A DNA stretch of 32,000 nt, taken from positions 630,001 through 662,000 of the forward strand of contig NZ_AP019769.1 of the NCBI RefSeq assembly GCF_023169545.1, written 5' to 3'. The notes beneath the pieces were generated by a model. That model had not been told where the DNA came from, did no database searches, and worked only from the letters and a program-made list of their open reading frames with translations. The translations under genes were made by a program, and so were the position numbers. Below, piece after piece: positions 28,093-32,000 of the stretch. This stretch comes from Nanobdella aerobiophila. Its GTDB lineage: Archaea > Nanobdellota > Nanobdellia > Nanobdellales > Nanobdellaceae. The stretch's first letter is position 1; each line of letters begins with the position of its first letter.

Positions 28093-28572
28093 ATGAAAAG
28101 TCAATTTGGTACTATAATAGTAGAGGTAATATTATTTATAGTAGCTGCTATAGCTGCATATATCTTTGTATCTACTGCTTATACAAATTTAAATGATATA
28201 AGTAATGCAGCAACCGCAAACTCAAAATCTTTGGAAAGTCAATTACAAACCTATATAACCATAGATTCTTGCGCATATAATAGTTCTACAGATTTATTAT
28301 ATATATATTCAACCAATAGAGGAAATAATGTATTAAATCAAAACTTAACATTATTATTTATTAATGGAGTTTTAATAAATAATACAATAATTACCATAGC
28401 AAATAGTAATACTGGTACAGCTGCATGGGGTCCTTATGATACTATATTAATAGAATCTAATATAACTCTTAATTCAAATTTTTATAATATAAAGCTAGTT
28501 ACAGACACTGGTGCTTCTGCAGAAAATATAATATATGTAAATACAACAAGTAATATATGTACAATAGAATGA
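28093..28572 (+). CDS. Pilin/archaellin-accessory-like single-TM surface protein
   Basis: MKSQFGTIIVEVILFIVAAIAAYIFVSTAY N-terminus resembles archaeal FlaF/FlaG or class III signal peptides; beta-rich, sequon-rich ectodomain. Confidence 0.65.
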   Translation: MKSQFGTIIVEVILFIVAAIAAYIFVSTAYTNLNDISNAATANSKSLESQLQTYITIDSCAYNSSTDLLYIYSTNRGNNVLNQNLTLLFINGVLINNTIITIANSNTGTAAWGPYDTILIESNITLNSNFYNIKLVTDTGASAENIIYVNTTSNICTIE

Positions 28573-29015
28573 GATCAGACTTAGGATCAATAATAGGAGC
28601 AATAATAGGATTTGTTATATTTTCATTATCTTTATTTGCTTTATATTTTATATTAAATAACTCTTTTGCATCATATAAATATACTGCAAATTCTATAAAT
28701 GAAGAAATAAGAAATATTATAGGAGAGAATATTGAATTTTTAGATAATCAAACTACATATATAAATCCAAATATTACAATATATAATAATGGAAATAAGG
28801 CCTTAGATTTATCTTGTTTTCAATTATATGTAAATGGTTATTATACATCCTTTAATTATAGCATAAATTATTTATATCCATCAAATTTATTATTACCTGG
28901 AGAAAATGCTACCATATATTTTTCAAACAACTATATAGAGAATAATTCTTATAATTATATAATATTTATGAGTTGTTATGGAGACAGGTTTCAAACTTTA
29001 ATATATGTAAGTTGA
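28557..29015 (+). CDS. Pilin/archaellin-accessory-like single-TM surface protein (start may be 28569)
   Basis: MRSDLGSIIGAIIGFVIFSLSLFALYFILN N-terminus; overlaps the upstream gene; many N-X-S/T. Confidence 0.65.
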   Translation: MYNRMRSDLGSIIGAIIGFVIFSLSLFALYFILNNSFASYKYTANSINEEIRNIIGENIEFLDNQTTYINPNITIYNNGNKALDLSCFQLYVNGYYTSFNYSINYLYPSNLLLPGENATIYFSNNYIENNSYNYIIFMSCYGDRFQTLIYVS

Positions 29016-29025
29016 TATATTTAAA

Positions 29026-30993
29026 ATGAGATTACAAGGAGAATCATTAGCGGTAATAATATTATTCATTATTGGAGCTATATCAGCTTTTATGCTATAT
29101 AATATATTAAGACCAAATTATAATTCTTTAACCCCCACTGGAGAATCTATCGCAAATTCATTAAGTATTAATTTTCAATTATTAAATTATTATATAACAA
29201 ATAATACTTTATTTGTATATGTAAAACCATCAGAACCTGTAAATGCATCTCAAGTATTTGCTATAGTAAATAATAACTCTGCTCTTGTATACCCATATAA
29301 TTCAAATAATGATATTGTTAATCCAAATCAAAATCAATTATTGTTAATTGTTGATAATTTATCTCAAACTTCTTTGGATCAAAATGGCAACTATAAGATA
29401 ACCATAGGTTTATCAAATGATATAATAGGAATATTTAGTATTAAATATGAATCAAATCCTTTACAAAAATTCTTTCACCCTATAATAGAAAATAATATTA
29501 CAAATATAATTAACAATGTAACGACAAACGTAAATAATTATTATGAATTAATATTATATAATACGCAATCTATTCCAACTCCAGCACCATTTCAACAAGA
29601 TATAGCTATATGTAATGGATCTACATCATTAGTACAGAATCCTTATTTTAGTATAGTTGGTAATGCATCTTCGACAGGTTCAACATCTGCCTCAGTAACA
29701 TTACCTACAGGTGCTAATATTTATTTATGTAATGGAGGTGATGGAAATGGTGCTTTATCTTCATATTCCTGGACTGCTCAAGAAACAACACAAAATACTT
29801 ATGCAAGTTTAGGATATCAAAGTTCTAATGTGTGTTCAGATTCTTCAGGATCTACTGATATTGTAGTTGGAGGTGTTGCCATAAATACTAATGAATATGA
29901 AAATTTTGTTGGAACAACATTTAATGGTGTAAATTCTTTCTCTTATACATATAATGTAACTAATACATCTAATGTTGTCATTTCTGTTGCATGTGGATGG
30001 TATGCATGCACATCCGTAACATTACCTTCTGGATGCCAAAAGTTATTTGATACCATAGGAGGAGATACATATGAAACTACGGTAATGGGTGTATGTTATA
30101 ATCAAACAGCAGGTAGTTATACAGTTTCTGGATCATTAAATGGAGGAGGCTATGTTTCTGTAGGTATATATGAATTTAGTACAATCCCTCCAAGGTTGAA
30201 TACATCCCTATCTTATGTAAATAATATTACTTTATATAATGAAATAAATTCTAATGGATCTAATGTATACTTTTTTTCTAATCCTTCTAATCCTACAGGA
30301 TCATTATTATATTCTTGGTACGAAGGACAAGAAAATACTAATGGAGTATCATGCGACATTTGGTGGGTAAATATTAGTAATGGAATACCTGCAAATAGTA
30401 ATATAACAATATATATGGATATAGGAAATACAAGTACAAATTATTATTCACAATATTATCCATATGTAGGTGTATCTTATAATGTTTTAGGAACATTTAA
30501 TTATGATAATGGTAATTATGTATTTAATTATTATGAAAAATGGGGGAATTTAAGCTCTTTACCAGTAGGGTGGAATAATTTAGATTCTGTAAGTGTATCT
30601 TTTAGCCAAAATTATACATCTTTTGTTCAAACAAGTTCTAATAACTATTGGTATGGTTTATATTATCCATTATCGAATTCTAATTTACAAAATAGACCTT
30701 TGTTATTATTATCATATTATTACTCCTATCCTAACGGAAATACAAACTATTTTGGAATCACAAGCCAAACACCAGTAGTCAGTAATACAAATTATTATAC
30801 ATACTATGTAACACAAACATCCCCAGGTTATTATAATAGCTTGTTATATGTTTCTTCTGGAACTGCTACAGATACAATAGGATATTTAGTATATGTCCCC
30901 GGCAGTATAACTGGTTCTTATTTTAATTTATATTGGACTGCTGTTGCTTCATATCCTCCTAATGGAGTTATGCCTGAAGTCTTTATACAATAA
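29026..30993 (+). CDS. Large single-TM surface protein (655 aa) with DUF2341-like segment
   Basis: N-terminal RLQGESLAVIILFIIGAISAFMLYNIL; very N/S/T/Y/G-rich ectodomain; segment IWWVNISNGIPANSNITIYMDIGNTSTNYYSQY resembles DUF2341-type repeats. Confidence 0.7.
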   Translation: MRLQGESLAVIILFIIGAISAFMLYNILRPNYNSLTPTGESIANSLSINFQLLNYYITNNTLFVYVKPSEPVNASQVFAIVNNNSALVYPYNSNNDIVNPNQNQLLLIVDNLSQTSLDQNGNYKITIGLSNDIIGIFSIKYESNPLQKFFHPIIENNITNIINNVTTNVNNYYELILYNTQSIPTPAPFQQDIAICNGSTSLVQNPYFSIVGNASSTGSTSASVTLPTGANIYLCNGGDGNGALSSYSWTAQETTQNTYASLGYQSSNVCSDSSGSTDIVVGGVAINTNEYENFVGTTFNGVNSFSYTYNVTNTSNVVISVACGWYACTSVTLPSGCQKLFDTIGGDTYETTVMGVCYNQTAGSYTVSGSLNGGGYVSVGIYEFSTIPPRLNTSLSYVNNITLYNEINSNGSNVYFFSNPSNPTGSLLYSWYEGQENTNGVSCDIWWVNISNGIPANSNITIYMDIGNTSTNYYSQYYPYVGVSYNVLGTFNYDNGNYVFNYYEKWGNLSSLPVGWNNLDSVSVSFSQNYTSFVQTSSNNYWYGLYYPLSNSNLQNRPLLLLSYYYSYPNGNTNYFGITSQTPVVSNTNYYTYYVTQTSPGYYNSLLYVSSGTATDTIGYLVYVPGSITGSYFNLYWTAVASYPPNGVMPEVFIQ

Positions 30994-31020
30994 AAATATT
31001 TTTATTCATATTTTTATAAT

Positions 31021-31093
31021 GGTCCAGGTAGCCTAGCGGTAAGGCGTCGGGCTGTGGACCCGAAGATCGGGGGTTCAAATCCCCTCCTGGACC
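31021..31093 (+). tRNA. tRNA-His (GTG) with genome-encoded G-1
   Basis: GGTCCAGGTAGCCTAGCGGTAAGGCGTCGGGCTGTGGACCCGAAGATCGGGGGTTCAAATCCCCTCCTGGACC. G-1 pairs with C73; loop CU-GUG-GA. Confidence 0.95.
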
Positions 31094-32000
31094 CTAATGC
31101 GTTTCCCAGCTAACTGAATATTCATAACCTAATAATTTTTTCATATAATTTTCTATAGAAAATTTTTCCTTATTAGTAATCTTACATAGATTATGCGCTA
31201 ATTTCAAAAATTTAGGATATTGAAAATCTTTATATATTTCTTCCTTTATAATTTCTTTTAATTTATTTATATTTATATTATCTAAGCTTTCTAATCTATA
31301 TATATGATCATTTACTCTGGCTCTAAAATATAATATATTTATGTTCCTATCAAATATATTATCATTAATTTTAGACATTAAATACTCTTTCAAATTCTTT
31401 TTTACGATATCTGTATAAAATATTTGATTTGGATATATTTTCATTAGGGCAATCATATCTGATCTTTCTAAATTATAAATATTCAAATTTAATATTCTTT
31501 TAGCTATAGCAATTATTTTTCCGTTATTTATTATATATTTAAAGTTATTCAAATATTCCTCTTTCCTTTTTTCTATAAGTTCATCGTATATTTTTGTATT
31601 AAATTTAGAAAATAATATTGAATCGGATATTATAGATCCATCAAAAAATATATAATTATCAATATATTTTGAAGCTAATTTATATTCTAAATTTTTTGCA
31701 AATAATGAAGAAACGTCATTTATATCTATTGTATCATTATCCGTCTTAAAAAATATATTTGGTAATATTTCTATATCATCAATTTTTTCATATATATTAT
31801 CCGAAACTATTACAGCTCTTGAATATATATAAGAAAAAGGACCTATAATTCCATTTATAAATGAAGAATCTATAAAACCATAATTATTCTTATTAATATC
31901 TACATCATCTAGATCTAATAATTTTATATTATTTTTTATATAACTATAATCATCAATTTTTAATTTATTTATCTTTTCTTCTATATTTTTTATTAATTCT
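31094..32000 (-). CDS. NurA-like nuclease, 3' part at window edge (tracked ORF 31094..31552 is only the C-terminal portion)
   Basis: C-terminal ORF contains GKIIAIAKRI, SDMIALM and HIYRLES. Manual translation upstream of the tracked TTG start gives YIFFDGSIISDS and GFIDSSFINGIIGPFSYIYSRAVIVSD, reminiscent of NurA. Continuity near 31747 could not be verified by eye. Confidence 0.45.
   Translation of the reverse strand, partial: ELIKNIEEKINKLKIDDYSYIKNNIKLLDLDDVDINKNNYGFIDSSFINGIIGPFSYIYSRAVIVSDNIYEKIDDIEILPNIFFKTDNDTIDINDVSSLFAKNLEYKLASKYIDNYIFFDGSIISDSILFSKFNTKIYDELIEKRKEEYLNNFKYIINNGKIIAIAKRILNLNIYNLERSDMIALMKIYPNQIFYTDIVKKNLKEYLMSKINDNIFDRNINILYFRARVNDHIYRLESLDNININKLKEIIKEEIYKDFQYPKFLKLAHNLCKITNKEKFSIENYMKKLLGYEYSVSWETH

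Noticed and set aside
25842-30778. ORFs 25842..26036(+), 27727..28035(-), 30593..30778(-)
   Set aside because: 25842..26036 is antisense to Hsp20 and the adjoining Nog1-like gene, 27727..28035 to gatE, and 30593..30778 to the large surface protein gene.
16136-31093. Split (trans-spliced) or intron-containing tRNAs as in N. equitans
   Set aside because: All four tRNAs in the window are complete, contiguous and intron-free; no isolated half-tRNA sequences were recognised.
1-32000. CRISPR arrays, insertion sequences, inteins, toxin-antitoxin or phage modules
   Set aside because: No regularly spaced repeats, transposase motifs, intein signatures in the RNR or aaRS genes, or phage-like genes were seen.

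Overview
This is a gene-dense, very AT-rich archaeal chromosome segment. GC-rich rRNA and tRNA genes sit in AT-rich coding sequence, which suggests a small-genome thermophile, plausibly DPANN or Nanoarchaeota-like (taxonomy is inference). It carries a solitary 23S rRNA gene (minus strand, no 16S upstream) and four intact tRNA genes: Glu-CTC, Leu-CAA, Ala-TGC and His-GTG. Scattered ribosomal protein groups are L10e-L30-S5-L37e, L15-L19e and L22-S3. Housekeeping genes include proS, hisS, apgM, B12-type ribonucleotide reductase, a Nog1-like GTPase, Hsp20 and a MEMO-like protein. Two cassettes encode sequon-rich, single-TM, pilin/archaellin-like surface proteins. The best non-obvious signals are: (1) a compact ~229-nt structured RNA at 4749-4977 (-). 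It has a 9-bp terminal helix, two GNRA hairpins, an RNase P-like P4 helix with a bulged U, a CR-V-like 3' motif, and a TATA box centred 26 nt upstream. It is a strong RNase P RNA candidate. (2) Box A-like elements about 24-28 nt upstream of position +1 of all four tRNAs, suggesting leaderless tRNAs. (3) A GatE gene that ends after about 269 aa and a Dph2 homolog of only 88 aa, both candidates for split or truncated genes. (4) Two ORFs missing from the track: L37e at 11373-11537 (-) and a Sec61-beta-like ORF at 5009-5173 (+). No CRISPR array or mobile element is evident.
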